Below are positions 18,077 to 28,215 of a stretch of DNA of 64,000 nt, in pieces. Source of the stretch: an uncultured virus (IMG/VR IMGVR_UViG_3300006201_000011) (taxonomy: Duplodnaviria > Heunggongvirae > Uroviricota > Caudoviricetes); the IMG/VR virus record IMGVR_UViG_3300006201_000011, positions 1-64,000 of that record; one strand, written 5' to 3'. Position numbers and translations under genes: made by a program. The notes under the pieces are model-generated. The model saw only the letters and a list, made by a program, of their open reading frames with translations. It did not search any database and was not told the origin of the DNA. The number at the start of each line of letters is the position of its first letter. Position 1 is the stretch's first letter.

Positions 18077-18916
18077 ATGAATACTCAGTTGTCGCTCTTC
18101 GAGCATGAAGCTACCATCCCTGTGGCCTCCCACACCAGCACTAAGGTTATCCAGCTATTTCCCAATATTCCTCCTCGGAAGCCTAACTATCGTGCTGGTG
18201 GAGAGCAGACCGTATTTCCCATCAAGCGTCAGGAGGATCTGAATGCTATGGCTTCTTGGCTCTACCATAACGCAGATCGCAAATATCTCCTTGGCTTTAT
18301 CCTTGGGATCAACCTTGGCCTAAGAGCCAACGAGCTTCTGGAACTGAAGCACTCTGACATCTTTTTCCCTAATGGAGAATTGAAATATGTCTCTGACGAT
18401 TTCTCTGACACTACGGATAAGATGAGTGTCTATCAGAATAAGGTGCATAAGCGACGGGGAATGTACCTTAACTCCTCTTGTGTTAAGGCTCTTGACTGGT
18501 ACTTTCCTGTGAAAAGCCCCAGCCTATGCAGAGACACCTACCTATTTCCGTCCAGGGAGTGCCAAGCTCGTAAAGACAGAGATGGCAAGGTTCGCACAGA
18601 TAACATCAAGGACATAGATGGAAATTACCATGTAGAGGTTGATACTCTTCGTAAGATTCTGAAAGACGCTGCTAAGGCTTGCGGACTGAAGCAGAACATC
18701 GGGACTCACACCCTACGCAAGACCTTTGGCTACTTCCACTACCAGAGCAATCACGATATTGTATTTCTTCAAAGACTATTTGGACATTCCTCCGCCTTAA
18801 TTACCATGCGCTACATCGGTATCGCTGATGAGGAAGAGAAGAAATCCTACCATAAGGTTTCCATCGACCTGATGGGAATGCTGGAACCGGAACTGGCGTC
18901 CGCTGATGTACGGTAG
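18077..18916 (+). CDS. Tyrosine recombinase (279 aa, no arm-binding domain apparent)
   Basis: GLRANEL (R), THTLRKTFG (HxxR), LFGHSS (H), MRYIG (Y). Confidence 0.95.
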   Translation: MNTQLSLFEHEATIPVASHTSTKVIQLFPNIPPRKPNYRAGGEQTVFPIKRQEDLNAMASWLYHNADRKYLLGFILGINLGLRANELLELKHSDIFFPNGELKYVSDDFSDTTDKMSVYQNKVHKRRGMYLNSSCVKALDWYFPVKSPSLCRDTYLFPSRECQARKDRDGKVRTDNIKDIDGNYHVEVDTLRKILKDAAKACGLKQNIGTHTLRKTFGYFHYQSNHDIVFLQRLFGHSSALITMRYIGIADEEEKKSYHKVSIDLMGMLEPELASADVR

Positions 18917-19238
18917 CTTTACCCCAGTCAGCTCCTACTATCGGAGTGCAGAGGGGGGGGGCTTATCCTGCGATAAGTTTCCAGCAACTGCCGAGCGAAG
19001 CGAGGCAGGATAAGCCGCATTTTTTCAAATTCAGAGAATACGATTTTCACAACTTTTTCGTGATTTTTGAGCGTAGCGAAAATACCCCTTCCCCTTCTAA
19101 GGGACGATTTTGAAAAAACCAGTAATATCAAGGCTTTGAGGGGCGTCAAAAACCGAATTTATAACCTTGGAAGTCATAAACCGATTTTGACCGCCTCTAA
19201 AATCCGAACATTTTTAACCGAAAATGGAGGTGCTATAA

Positions 19239-19820
19239 GTGGCAAAGAATTTTTACATCGCAGACACCCATTTTGGGCACAAGAACATTCTCAAATACGA
19301 CAACCGACCGTTCTTCACCACCGAGGAAATGGACAATGAGCTGGTGGAGCGGTGGAACGCGGCGGTTGATCCGTCTGATACGGTATACATCTTGGGGGAC
19401 TTCTGCTGGAAAGGCGAAGAGATGTGGTTCAACATTCTGAGCCGTCTGCATGGTCATAAGGTGTTGATCCGAGGCAACCACGATCCGGAGAAGCTGAGTG
19501 ATCGCGTAGCAAAGTGCTTTGATGAGGTGGCCGACTACAAGGAGGTAGACGACGCTGGCAGAAAGATTGTCCTATGCCACTACCCGATTCCGTGTTTCAA
19601 GAACCACTTCTGCGGTTGGTATCACCTGTACGGTCATGTCCATATTTCGTTTGAAGCGAATATGATGGAGCATAACAAGTTCCTTATGCGGGATCTGTAC
19701 GAAAAGCAGTGCAATATGTACAATGTTGGCTGTATGATGCCTTGGATGGATTACACACCCAGGACATTGGACGAGATCATTGAACGATACACCGCTGCTG
19801 GAGGACAATTCAATGGCTAA
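19239..19820 (+). CDS. Calcineurin-like metallophosphoesterase
   Basis: ADTHFGH, LGDF, RGNHD, LCHYP, YGHVH. Confidence 0.9.
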   Translation: MAKNFYIADTHFGHKNILKYDNRPFFTTEEMDNELVERWNAAVDPSDTVYILGDFCWKGEEMWFNILSRLHGHKVLIRGNHDPEKLSDRVAKCFDEVADYKEVDDAGRKIVLCHYPIPCFKNHFCGWYHLYGHVHISFEANMMEHNKFLMRDLYEKQCNMYNVGCMMPWMDYTPRTLDEIIERYTAAGGQFNG

Positions 19821-20583
19821 GTATAAGATTGGAGCAACAGACGGCGGTGACGCTGGACTGGATCTCTCATGGAAAGACAAGCTAAATACTGTAGATGGCG
19901 CGGTGCTTATTACAAAGCGTGTCACACCGGCGTTCATTGAAGCGGTAAAGGGCTTGCCAAATGTAGTTATTCATGTAACCTGTACGGGGTATGGTGGTAC
20001 AGTTGTTGAACCGAATGTACCTCACCCAGAAGAGCAGATGGAAGCAGCCTTGCAGTTGATAGGCTCCGGGTTTCCGAAAGAAAGAGTCGTGGTGAGAATT
20101 GACCCGATGATCCCCACTGTAAAGGGTATGATGCGGGCCACAAGGGTCTTTGGGATGTTTACAGAACACGGGTTTTCGCGCTATCGGGTGAGTCTTATTG
20201 ATATGTACCCTCATGTAAGAAAACGGTTTGCAGACTGCGGACTTCCGAGTTTGTATGGTGGAGGGTTCTCGCCTGATAAGGAAACTATCGAATATGCAAA
20301 TCATGTTTTGCGTGGATGGAAGCTCCTGTGGGAAAGCGCATTACCCGATGTACCGTTGAGAGTTGAGGCTTGTGCAGAACCCACACTGACGGAGGCTATT
20401 CGGTGCGGTTGCGTCTCCGAATATGATATCCAGCTGATGGGATTGACAGTGGGCGACGACATGGATGCCGCTGGATACCAAAGACGGGATTGTCTTTGCT
20501 ACTCAGGAAAGAAAGAACTGCTGAATAGCCGAAAGCCATGTCCACACCAATGTCTCTATTGCTTTTGGAAGGATGTGAAGTAA
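19813..20583 (+). CDS. DUF1848-like / spore-photoproduct-lyase-related protein
   Basis: ITK, VEPNVP, RIDP and C-terminal PCPHQCLYCFW. Confidence 0.65.
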   Translation: MAKYKIGATDGGDAGLDLSWKDKLNTVDGAVLITKRVTPAFIEAVKGLPNVVIHVTCTGYGGTVVEPNVPHPEEQMEAALQLIGSGFPKERVVVRIDPMIPTVKGMMRATRVFGMFTEHGFSRYRVSLIDMYPHVRKRFADCGLPSLYGGGFSPDKETIEYANHVLRGWKLLWESALPDVPLRVEACAEPTLTEAIRCGCVSEYDIQLMGLTVGDDMDAAGYQRRDCLCYSGKKELLNSRKPCPHQCLYCFWKDVK

Positions 20584-20930
20584 TGGCAAATCGTCGGAAG
20601 TTGACTCAAACCGAGCGCCGTACCATTTATGACAAGATGGGTGGTCACTGTGCATACTGTGGGGAAGAACTGGCGTTTGAGGATATGCAGGTAGACCATG
20701 TACTTGCGCTTCGGAGCGATGGTGAGGACGATTTGGCGAATATGTTACCGGCCTGTCGTAGCTGCAACCACTATAAACGTGGCAACTCTTTGGAGGGTTG
20801 GCGAAAGATATTAGAATCGACGCCTGATACCTTGGCGCGGGATTACTACACATATAGGCAGGCAGTCCGATTCGGCACGGTGACACCAACGCCAAAGAAG
20901 ATAGTGTTCTATTTTGAGCGACAACGCTGA
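20583..20930 (+). CDS. HNH endonuclease
   Basis: CAYCG...QVDHV...NMLPACRSCNHYK. Confidence 0.9.
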   Translation: MANRRKLTQTERRTIYDKMGGHCAYCGEELAFEDMQVDHVLALRSDGEDDLANMLPACRSCNHYKRGNSLEGWRKILESTPDTLARDYYTYRQAVRFGTVTPTPKKIVFYFERQR

Positions 20931-20971
20931 TTTGAATTTATATTAACGACAAACAAAATCGAGGTGATGTT

Positions 20972-21337
20972 GTGAGTATGGTAGCTTTTATCAGTCCCTT
21001 TGTCAACGATCCTTTCGCTCTGGTGTGTCAGGCTTATAAAAACCTATATGATAAGCCTTTCACGGCGTTCTTTGACCAGCATGAAGATGACGACCACAAG
21101 GAAGAGTATGGATTTACGCACTTTGTCGAGGGAGAGATCCCGCAAATCGTCATCTTTGCGGAGCACTCCATCAATGTCTGTGTAGAGACATTTGCCCATG
21201 AGCTTGCTCATGTTGCGGTCGGTGTGGAGCACGAGCACGATGAGATATGGAATGCGGCATTCGACGCAATCTTTACAGAGTATAACCGCTTGGGTGAGGA
21301 GCTTTATGGCAAAGAGGAGGGGGCGGGTGATGAGTAA
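20972..21337 (+). CDS. HExxH zinc metallopeptidase-like protein
   Basis: TFAHELAH. Confidence 0.7.
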   Translation: MSMVAFISPFVNDPFALVCQAYKNLYDKPFTAFFDQHEDDDHKEEYGFTHFVEGEIPQIVIFAEHSINVCVETFAHELAHVAVGVEHEHDEIWNAAFDAIFTEYNRLGEELYGKEEGAGDE

Positions 21338-21506
21338 AGGTAATGAGTACAGAAAGCTCTTCAGCATTGACGGGTTTGCCCGGTATATGTACTGCCAACA
21401 CGCACGGCTGAACCAGTTGAGGAGCGACAAGCGGGATGCAAAGCGAAAATTGCGTCGGCAGGTGAAAGACGAAATCAGAAAGGAAAGGGGTGGTGAATAT
21501 GATTGA
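21330..21506 (+). CDS. basic hypothetical protein (58 aa)
   Basis: GAGGAGG RBS, overlaps both neighbours. Confidence 0.6.
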   Translation: MSKGNEYRKLFSIDGFARYMYCQHARLNQLRSDKRDAKRKLRRQVKDEIRKERGGEYD

Positions 21507-21882
21507 GCATGACGAAGCTGTGAAAGAGCTGAAAGAGAAATGTGAACGACTGGTAGCGGAGGTTCAGATCTACCACGACGCCGCAGCTCTATATGGTATT
21601 GACCCGATGACCATGTTGACACTGGCGAAGAGCCAAATCAAGACCTGTGCGGACAACATTCGTCTCATGGAAAAGATGGAGAGCGTGCTGGATATGTTCA
21701 AGTGGGTGCCAAAAGATCTGACGGTGGACGAGGTTTGTAAGGCAATCACACATTATGACGGCGACGGTTCCAAACCGTATTGTGATTTGGTCTACTGTGG
21801 GCTTGATGTTATCCGCAAATATCTTGAAGAAAGGAGTGAGCTAAATGAATGGAGAAAAAGCAATCTGCCACTTAGTCAGTAA
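21499..21882 (+). CDS. hypothetical protein
   Basis: ORF within the operon. Confidence 0.75.
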   Translation: MIEHDEAVKELKEKCERLVAEVQIYHDAAALYGIDPMTMLTLAKSQIKTCADNIRLMEKMESVLDMFKWVPKDLTVDEVCKAITHYDGDGSKPYCDLVYCGLDVIRKYLEERSELNEWRKSNLPLSQ

Positions 21883-22690
21883 CGGTGTTTTGCTGAGTGC
21901 CCCACAGTTCGATATAGGGCAAATCGCCGAGTCCGGCCAATGTTTTCGGATTCAGTCACTTCCCGATGGTAGCTTTCTGGCGATAACAGGGCAGCATTTT
22001 GTAAAGATTGACTGTCAAAGCAACGGCGGGTATGTGTTCCGCTGTACTTGGGAAGATTTTCGGGATGTGTGGTTGGCATACTTCGACCTGAGCGAAGATT
22101 ATGGAGTATATCAGCGACAGATGGCCGACGATCTGTTTTTGATTGAAGCAATTCAGAGGGGCGGCGGAATCAGAATCTTGCGGCAGGACTTGTGGGAAAT
22201 GGTCGTTACTTTTGTGATTTCCCAGCGTAACAACATTCCCAGGATCAGGAGTGCGGTGGAGTGCCTATGCCAAAACTTTGGTACACAGCTGGGAGAGGTG
22301 GCCGGTCACGAGATTTACAGTTTCCCTACTGCGGAACAGTTGAGAGGAAAGGATCTGGCCTGTGCATCCCTGGGATACAGGGAGAAGTATGTCAAAGAGC
22401 TTTGTAATTATCAGCCTGATTTTTGGATTGGTCTTGCGGCGCAGGATGATAATGAGGCTAAGAAGACACTGCTGGATCTGAACGGGGTAGGTGAGAAAGT
22501 AGCAAATTGCGTTATGCTCTTCGGCCTACACCGTATGGACAGCTACCCCAGAGATGTATGGATCAATCGGTTGATTGACGACATTTATCATGGTGACTTT
22601 GACCCCAGTAAGTACGCTGGATATGCTGGATATGTTCAGCAGATTCAATTCTTCCATTACCGGCAGATTGCAAAGGGGGTGGAGGCGTGA
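21845..22690 (+). CDS. ogg: 8-oxoguanine DNA glycosylase (Ogg, HhH-GPD family)
   Basis: SGQCFR, GIRILRQDLWE, SQRNNIPRI, LGYR, GVGEKVANC..LFG, PRDVWI. Confidence 0.9.
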   Translation: MNGEKAICHLVSNGVLLSAPQFDIGQIAESGQCFRIQSLPDGSFLAITGQHFVKIDCQSNGGYVFRCTWEDFRDVWLAYFDLSEDYGVYQRQMADDLFLIEAIQRGGGIRILRQDLWEMVVTFVISQRNNIPRIRSAVECLCQNFGTQLGEVAGHEIYSFPTAEQLRGKDLACASLGYREKYVKELCNYQPDFWIGLAAQDDNEAKKTLLDLNGVGEKVANCVMLFGLHRMDSYPRDVWINRLIDDIYHGDFDPSKYAGYAGYVQQIQFFHYRQIAKGVEA

Positions 22691-23907
22691 CGGTTAAAGT
22701 GTGCGATATGATTATGGGAGCTGGCAAGACCGAGAGCGCGATTACCCTAATGAACAGTGACGAGGAGAGCCGATATATCTTCATTACTCCATATCTGGAT
22801 GAGGTGGAGCGTATCAAACGGAGCTGTGCCGTGCGGGATTTCAAAGATCCGCAGAACAAAGGGAACCGGAAGCTGGGGGATTTACACCGGCTGTTGGCGG
22901 AGAGGTGCAATATTGCCAGCACTCACTCTCTGTTTGAGATGTATACCACTGAGACAATTTCACTCATTCGGGACGGAGGGTATAAACTCATTCTGGATGA
23001 GGTGTTCCAGGTGGCGCAAAACCTTGAAATATCCCAAAAAGACTTGAAAATGCTTCGCACTGAGATGATTGAGGTGGACGATGACTGCCGAGTGCGGTGG
23101 GTCAAAGAAGATTACGAGGGCCGTTTTGAAGACTTGCGGGATATGTGTATGACTGGCAATGTCATTCTCTACAAAGAGTGCCTGATGCTTTGGCTGTATC
23201 CTATCGAAGTTTTTCACGCTTTTCAGGATGTTATTATTTTGACCTATATGTTCGACGCTCAAATGCAAAAATACTACTTCGACATGGCGGGAATCGAGGT
23301 TCAGAAAATCGGGACGGTGTATGAGCGTGGTGAGTACCATTTTACGGACTATGTGCATATGCCAGAGTATGTGAAGACTTTGCATGAAAAAATCCACATC
23401 TTAGAGGACACAAAGCTGAATAAGATTGGAGATCAGTATGCAAGTCTGTCTTCCTCGTGGTATGATCGGGCGCGAAAAGCAAAAGGTCAACCTCAGCTTC
23501 GCCAGATGAGAAACAATCTTGTAAACGTGTTCACGAATCGGTTTGGCTCTTCGACCGGACAAAATCTATGGACTACTTTCAAAAACTATCAGGACATCTT
23601 GAAAGGTAAGGGTTATACCAAAGGATTTCTCTCGTACAACATCCGAGCGACAAACATATATCGTGGTAGGGATCATCTGGCCTACTGCGTCAATGTGTTC
23701 TATAACCCCCTGATGAAGAATTACTTTATGGATCATGGCGTAGAAGTGAAAGAGAATGAGTATGCTTTGGGCGAAATGATTCAGTGGATTTGGCGGTCTG
23801 CAATTCGTGACGGGAAAGAAATCTGGATTTATGTTCCTAGCCGGCGTATGCGAGAACTACTGAAGCAGTGGTTGATTGATCTTTCTTCCTCCGATAACGA
23901 CGAATAA
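22687..23907 (+). CDS. Superfamily-2 helicase-like P-loop ATPase (406 aa)
   Basis: Walker A MGAGKT, ITP, Walker B LILDEV, QWIWRSAIR. Confidence 0.75.
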   Translation: MTVKVCDMIMGAGKTESAITLMNSDEESRYIFITPYLDEVERIKRSCAVRDFKDPQNKGNRKLGDLHRLLAERCNIASTHSLFEMYTTETISLIRDGGYKLILDEVFQVAQNLEISQKDLKMLRTEMIEVDDDCRVRWVKEDYEGRFEDLRDMCMTGNVILYKECLMLWLYPIEVFHAFQDVIILTYMFDAQMQKYYFDMAGIEVQKIGTVYERGEYHFTDYVHMPEYVKTLHEKIHILEDTKLNKIGDQYASLSSSWYDRARKAKGQPQLRQMRNNLVNVFTNRFGSSTGQNLWTTFKNYQDILKGKGYTKGFLSYNIRATNIYRGRDHLAYCVNVFYNPLMKNYFMDHGVEVKENEYALGEMIQWIWRSAIRDGKEIWIYVPSRRMRELLKQWLIDLSSSDNDE

Positions 23908-23925
23908 AATCAAGGCGGTGAAGTT

Positions 23926-24258
23926 ATGGAAGACATCAAAGAAACTGCATGGGATCATATTTACGGAGAAAAGACAGCTACCTTTTCTACATCTGAAAAG
24001 AAGTGGATTAGGGAGATTCAACGATTACATGAAGAATATCCGGGCGAAGTGGATATTCGGCACGTAAACAATGACGGGAGTATTTTGGTTCAACTCCCGG
24101 CTGACTGGTTTAGAATCAGGCCGAAGAAGAAAAGCAATCTATCGGCGGAGCAAATTGCGGCGTCAAAGGCAAGACTTGAATTAGCGAGACAGAAGCGTTT
24201 GGAGGATTTAAGGAAAGCTGACGCAGCGGTGGAGACAACGGAAGGAGGTAGCAAATGA
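23926..24258 (+). CDS. hypothetical protein (110 aa)
   Basis: ORF. Confidence 0.75.
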   Translation: MEDIKETAWDHIYGEKTATFSTSEKKWIREIQRLHEEYPGEVDIRHVNNDGSILVQLPADWFRIRPKKKSNLSAEQIAASKARLELARQKRLEDLRKADAAVETTEGGSK

Positions 24259-24455
24259 ACACCGCTAATCAAGAATGTATCTGGAAAGATCAGTGTGGCG
24301 GTGAGTGTCCTGGGTACTGCTCGGACTATACACCGGCTGACGAATCAGAGGAGAACGAGAATTATTATTCCCGCATCTTGAAAGAGAATGCGGAGGAGTA
24401 TCAAAAGATGATCAACGATTATTCTGACGGGGAGGTTGATGTCAGTGAATCGTGA
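24255..24455 (+). CDS. hypothetical protein (66 aa)
   Basis: AGGAGG RBS, ATGA overlap. Confidence 0.7.
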   Translation: MNTANQECIWKDQCGGECPGYCSDYTPADESEENENYYSRILKENAEEYQKMINDYSDGEVDVSES

Positions 24456-24783
24456 ACAACGTAGAGCGTTTCAAAAGAAACACAAAAAGAGCGTGCGGGA
24501 GCACGCGGCGGATAAACTCAACAAGCTCTCTCAGGAGATTGAGAACCCATTGCATGAAGGTGATTTGGTTAAATTGGATGTTGACCGTATCACCAAGCGT
24601 GAGGACTATGCCCAAACGACAGAGGAGTATCAGGCTTTTGTTGAGTCCAGTAGGGATAAGGTATTCACTGTTCGCTTATATCGGAAGCGGGAGGATGGAT
24701 TTTCCGCAATCATTGAACTGGTGGAGGAACCCAAGTGGCTATTCTGGTACGGTGATTTGGTTCGGATAAAGAATGGAGGGTAG
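24439..24783 (+). CDS. hypothetical protein
   Basis: GGAGG RBS. Confidence 0.75.
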   Translation: MSVNREQRRAFQKKHKKSVREHAADKLNKLSQEIENPLHEGDLVKLDVDRITKREDYAQTTEEYQAFVESSRDKVFTVRLYRKREDGFSAIIELVEEPKWLFWYGDLVRIKNGG

Positions 24784-27607
24784 ACCTATCAATAATTCAG
24801 TGTACATCGTGTCTGCGGACGCAAAGGATTTGTTTTTGTCCAACTATTCCAATGATTGTTGTACGGAATATACCGTGAGGTATAGTAGCGGAGACAATCG
24901 TGGTGAATTTAATACGAAACGGTTTGTGAATACGCTGGATTACAGTCTGGATCTTATTAAAATGCGTGAGGTCTTTGAGAAAATCTACCGTAGAATGGAC
25001 TTTACTTTCTTCAAACGAGGCAAAGAATATTGCCGTCGAGTCATCAATGTAACGTTTAAGTACAGTGTCAAGGAGTTTAACCGTTTTTTCGATAAAACCT
25101 ATATCAAATACGGTTATCTCCCGTCTGATGTAGAGTTGGTAGACAATATCTGCATAAAGGACGGAGAATTGATCGCTGTTCGAGTAGATAACCCAGTGGA
25201 TCAGCCTGTGGAGTCTTCAGTCTTGGGGAATCTGTTTGTGTTTGAGGACGGTGTTTACAAGCTGGGAAAAAGTATGAAAGTTGTCTTTACCGCTGCCCAG
25301 TTACGGAGTCGGTTGTACCATGATGGCTTTGTGTGTGACGGTATTCGTTTTCGGAGGTTTAAGCGTTCTGCTGGCAGCGGTCGGGTTGGCAAGTGCCTCT
25401 TTATTGATGAACGGCTTTATCCTCGTATGCACAAATGGGAGCAGTGCGGTTTACACATCCGAGATGGGCAAGACCTTGACCTGGCCGGATTTGAGGCTTA
25501 CATTGCTCTGACGTTGAGCAGTATCATTGGTACAATTCCACTTCGTCCCGAAAACTTCCTGGTGATTGACGATTATACCAGTAAGTTCAAAGATCGAGTA
25601 ATCGCCACCAGAGTTGGGGATGATGGGTGGCTATCATCTCAGCCAGAAGATGTTGAAGTTGAGAATAGCATCTGGGATGGACAGTCTTTGATAGACAAGA
25701 GTGCAATGGCAGAGTATGGTGAACACGGAATGATCCTGCTCCGCAACCGCTTCTTCAAGTCGGCTTGCTTCAACTGCAATATTCAGGAGTTTTTTGCTGC
25801 TCAAGGAATCACAGAGGTGTCCCAGCTAAACGGGTTTACTCTCGCAAATTCGATTAGTGACATCAAAATCATCACGACGCCAAGCAGCATCAAGTATGTA
25901 AAGTTTGGCCCGTTGGAAACGTGGCTGAGGCTCTTAGAAGATGACGGTGATTTTGGTGTGGTGAAATATGAGAAGCCTACGGACTTCTTTGATGGACGTA
26001 TGGTTCAGATTCATTACCAGCTGCTGAATACTTTGCAGATGACGCAACAGGAAGTAGATTTGTTGGTGAAACCGTCGTTGGACTATCTGAGAATGATTCA
26101 GAATGACCCGGCAGTATTGCGGTATCATATCCGTTATTCTGGTGTTGATAAGCCGATTAACGCAGCACCAACCACAAATGATATCGTCTATCAGATGTTA
26201 GGGGTTACAGATAAATTTGCAAATACCCGTCTGTATGAAGACTTCAAGCACGACATAAGCAAAGCGTTCAAAAAGGACATTCGCAGAGGTCATATTTTGG
26301 TTGACGGCAATTACTCTACTTTGCTGGGTAATCCGATGGAAATGCTGTATGCGGCTATTGGGTCGTTTGATGGCACAAGCCAAATTGGAGCTGGCAATAT
26401 TTATAGCAAGCGCTTTCGCTTCAATCAGACCATTCTTGGCTCCCGCAGTCCTCATGTAACAATGGGGAATATTCTGTTGACAAAAAACCGTGAAAATTCA
26501 GAAATTGAGCGTTTTTTCAATCTCACTAAAGAAGTCGTGTGTGTCAACAGTATTGAGGAGAATATCTTATTCCGTTTATCCGGTGCTGATTTTGACTCGG
26601 ATACTATGCTTTTAACTGACAATCCCATCCTAATTGGTGCCGCAGAGAGGAATTATAATCGCTTCTTGGTTCCTACAAGTCTGGTTGACGCCAAGAAGAT
26701 TGTGCGGCATTACACTCGTGCGGATCAGTCCGATTTGGACATCAAAACATCGGTCAACAAGATTGGTGAGATTGTAAATCTCTCGCAAGAGCTGAATACT
26801 AAACTATGGGATGCACTGAACAGCGGCGCAGACTTCTCCGAGGTGGAGGAGCTTTACTGTGAAATTGCCCAGTTGGATGTGCTTTCTAACATCGAAATCG
26901 ACAAAGCCAAACGGGAATACGCCGTAGATAGTGTAGCGGAGATTAAAAGGCTGAGAAAGAAGCACGAGGCACGAGATGATGATGGTAGGCAAATCAAACC
27001 CAACTTTTTCGGAAAGATTGCCCGTATGAAAGGGTATTATGACAGTGATCGGAAGAATTACAAATTCCACGATACTACGATGGACTACCTACAGCACAGT
27101 CTGAATACTTTCCGTGTCAATCATGTTCATCGTGATTATGTGCCGTTTTCTGCATTGCTGATGCCCAAAGATGAATATTCCGCTCGTTCTGTCAAATATC
27201 CGCAGGTAGACCGTATCCTGGAGTTTGTGCGTGATATGAGATCCAAGATTCAAATGATTTGGAACGGTACAGACGACGATCTGGATAACTACGGTAAGGC
27301 GATTCTGGTAAACGAGGTTAGACAGGAATACCTGAGCTACATTGAAAAGCTCAAACTAAATCGTCATACGGCATACCGCTTACTATTGGCAATCGAAGAT
27401 CCAGCCAACAAGGAAATTTCAAGGACTCTTTTCTATGCGCTATTTTCTTTGCCCAATCAGGACTTCTTGAATTTGATCGAGCAAAGCCGGACACCAATCC
27501 CGTTGCTGGTAGAAGATGAAAATATCGCAGGAAGTATCGAAATCTATGACTTCCGATTCCGCAGAGAGATGGTGATTCCGGCGAATTTGGCCGACTGTAT
27601 TCGTTGA
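24773..27607 (+). CDS. YonO-like single-subunit (RdRP-fold, double-psi barrel) DNA-dependent RNA polymerase (944 aa)
   Basis: Catalytic-type LSGADFDSD (DxDxD), RSPH, RS.G.GR.GKCLF, WDGQ, IGEIVN.SQ, EID.AK; SPbeta-like context. Confidence 0.85.
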   Translation: MEGRPINNSVYIVSADAKDLFLSNYSNDCCTEYTVRYSSGDNRGEFNTKRFVNTLDYSLDLIKMREVFEKIYRRMDFTFFKRGKEYCRRVINVTFKYSVKEFNRFFDKTYIKYGYLPSDVELVDNICIKDGELIAVRVDNPVDQPVESSVLGNLFVFEDGVYKLGKSMKVVFTAAQLRSRLYHDGFVCDGIRFRRFKRSAGSGRVGKCLFIDERLYPRMHKWEQCGLHIRDGQDLDLAGFEAYIALTLSSIIGTIPLRPENFLVIDDYTSKFKDRVIATRVGDDGWLSSQPEDVEVENSIWDGQSLIDKSAMAEYGEHGMILLRNRFFKSACFNCNIQEFFAAQGITEVSQLNGFTLANSISDIKIITTPSSIKYVKFGPLETWLRLLEDDGDFGVVKYEKPTDFFDGRMVQIHYQLLNTLQMTQQEVDLLVKPSLDYLRMIQNDPAVLRYHIRYSGVDKPINAAPTTNDIVYQMLGVTDKFANTRLYEDFKHDISKAFKKDIRRGHILVDGNYSTLLGNPMEMLYAAIGSFDGTSQIGAGNIYSKRFRFNQTILGSRSPHVTMGNILLTKNRENSEIERFFNLTKEVVCVNSIEENILFRLSGADFDSDTMLLTDNPILIGAAERNYNRFLVPTSLVDAKKIVRHYTRADQSDLDIKTSVNKIGEIVNLSQELNTKLWDALNSGADFSEVEELYCEIAQLDVLSNIEIDKAKREYAVDSVAEIKRLRKKHEARDDDGRQIKPNFFGKIARMKGYYDSDRKNYKFHDTTMDYLQHSLNTFRVNHVHRDYVPFSALLMPKDEYSARSVKYPQVDRILEFVRDMRSKIQMIWNGTDDDLDNYGKAILVNEVRQEYLSYIEKLKLNRHTAYRLLLAIEDPANKEISRTLFYALFSLPNQDFLNLIEQSRTPIPLLVEDENIAGSIEIYDFRFRREMVIPANLADCIR

Positions 27608-27784
27608 AAAAGCACAAATCCGGGTGTGAATTATTGCTTTTTGGTAGAAAAATTCTAATTTGACCACACCTAACCGCCGAGGTTGCTCGGCGGTTAGGAA
27701 TAGCATTTTTGTGGTCAAATTATGAAGGGGAAGTAACGAACAAAATCAAGCCCCTCGAATCTATATGAAAAGGATGAGTTTTTC

Positions 27785-28021
27785 GTGATTTCGATTACCA
27801 AGCAAGAGAAAGACCTACTGGTCAAACTGTTCCCGCATTATAAATTTCCCCGTACCATGAAGCAAGATTCCAAACGGCATCACTATTTCTGTACGGAGAG
27901 CGAGGAGCTGATGCGTCCGATTGCCGACAGTAATTCTGCGGCTGCAGAAAGGGTGAAGGAGTTTGACCGCCAACGTGCGCTACGGGATGCGCGAAGAAAA
28001 AGCCAGAGTGGTGAGTGTTGA
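27785..28021 (+). CDS. hypothetical protein (78 aa)
   Basis: AAAGGA RBS, GTG start. Confidence 0.65.
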   Translation: MISITKQEKDLLVKLFPHYKFPRTMKQDSKRHHYFCTESEELMRPIADSNSAAAERVKEFDRQRALRDARRKSQSGEC

Positions 28022-28215
28022 TGGCCTTTCAGGAGCAAAGAGAACAATATACAAATGTCACAATCGACTGTTCTGACGGAACCTTGACGGAATTTCACAG
28101 GGATAAAGTAAACACCTACAGCATAGAGGAAATTCTAAAACGGTGGAGTGGAGTACCCAATATTACACTAATAATTGAGCGACAGATAGAATTGCCGCCG
28201 ACAGAAGAGAGGTGA
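28021..28215 (+). CDS. hypothetical protein (64 aa)
   Basis: TGATG coupling. Confidence 0.65.
   Translation: MAFQEQREQYTNVTIDCSDGTLTEFHRDKVNTYSIEEILKRWSGVPNITLIIERQIELPPTEER

Noticed and set aside
27669..27698. GGTTAG in the hairpin after the RNAP gene as a plus-strand copy of the left-arm promoter
   Set aside because: It reads GGTTAGGAAT with no CTGT box at the right spacing; it is part of a simple hairpin.
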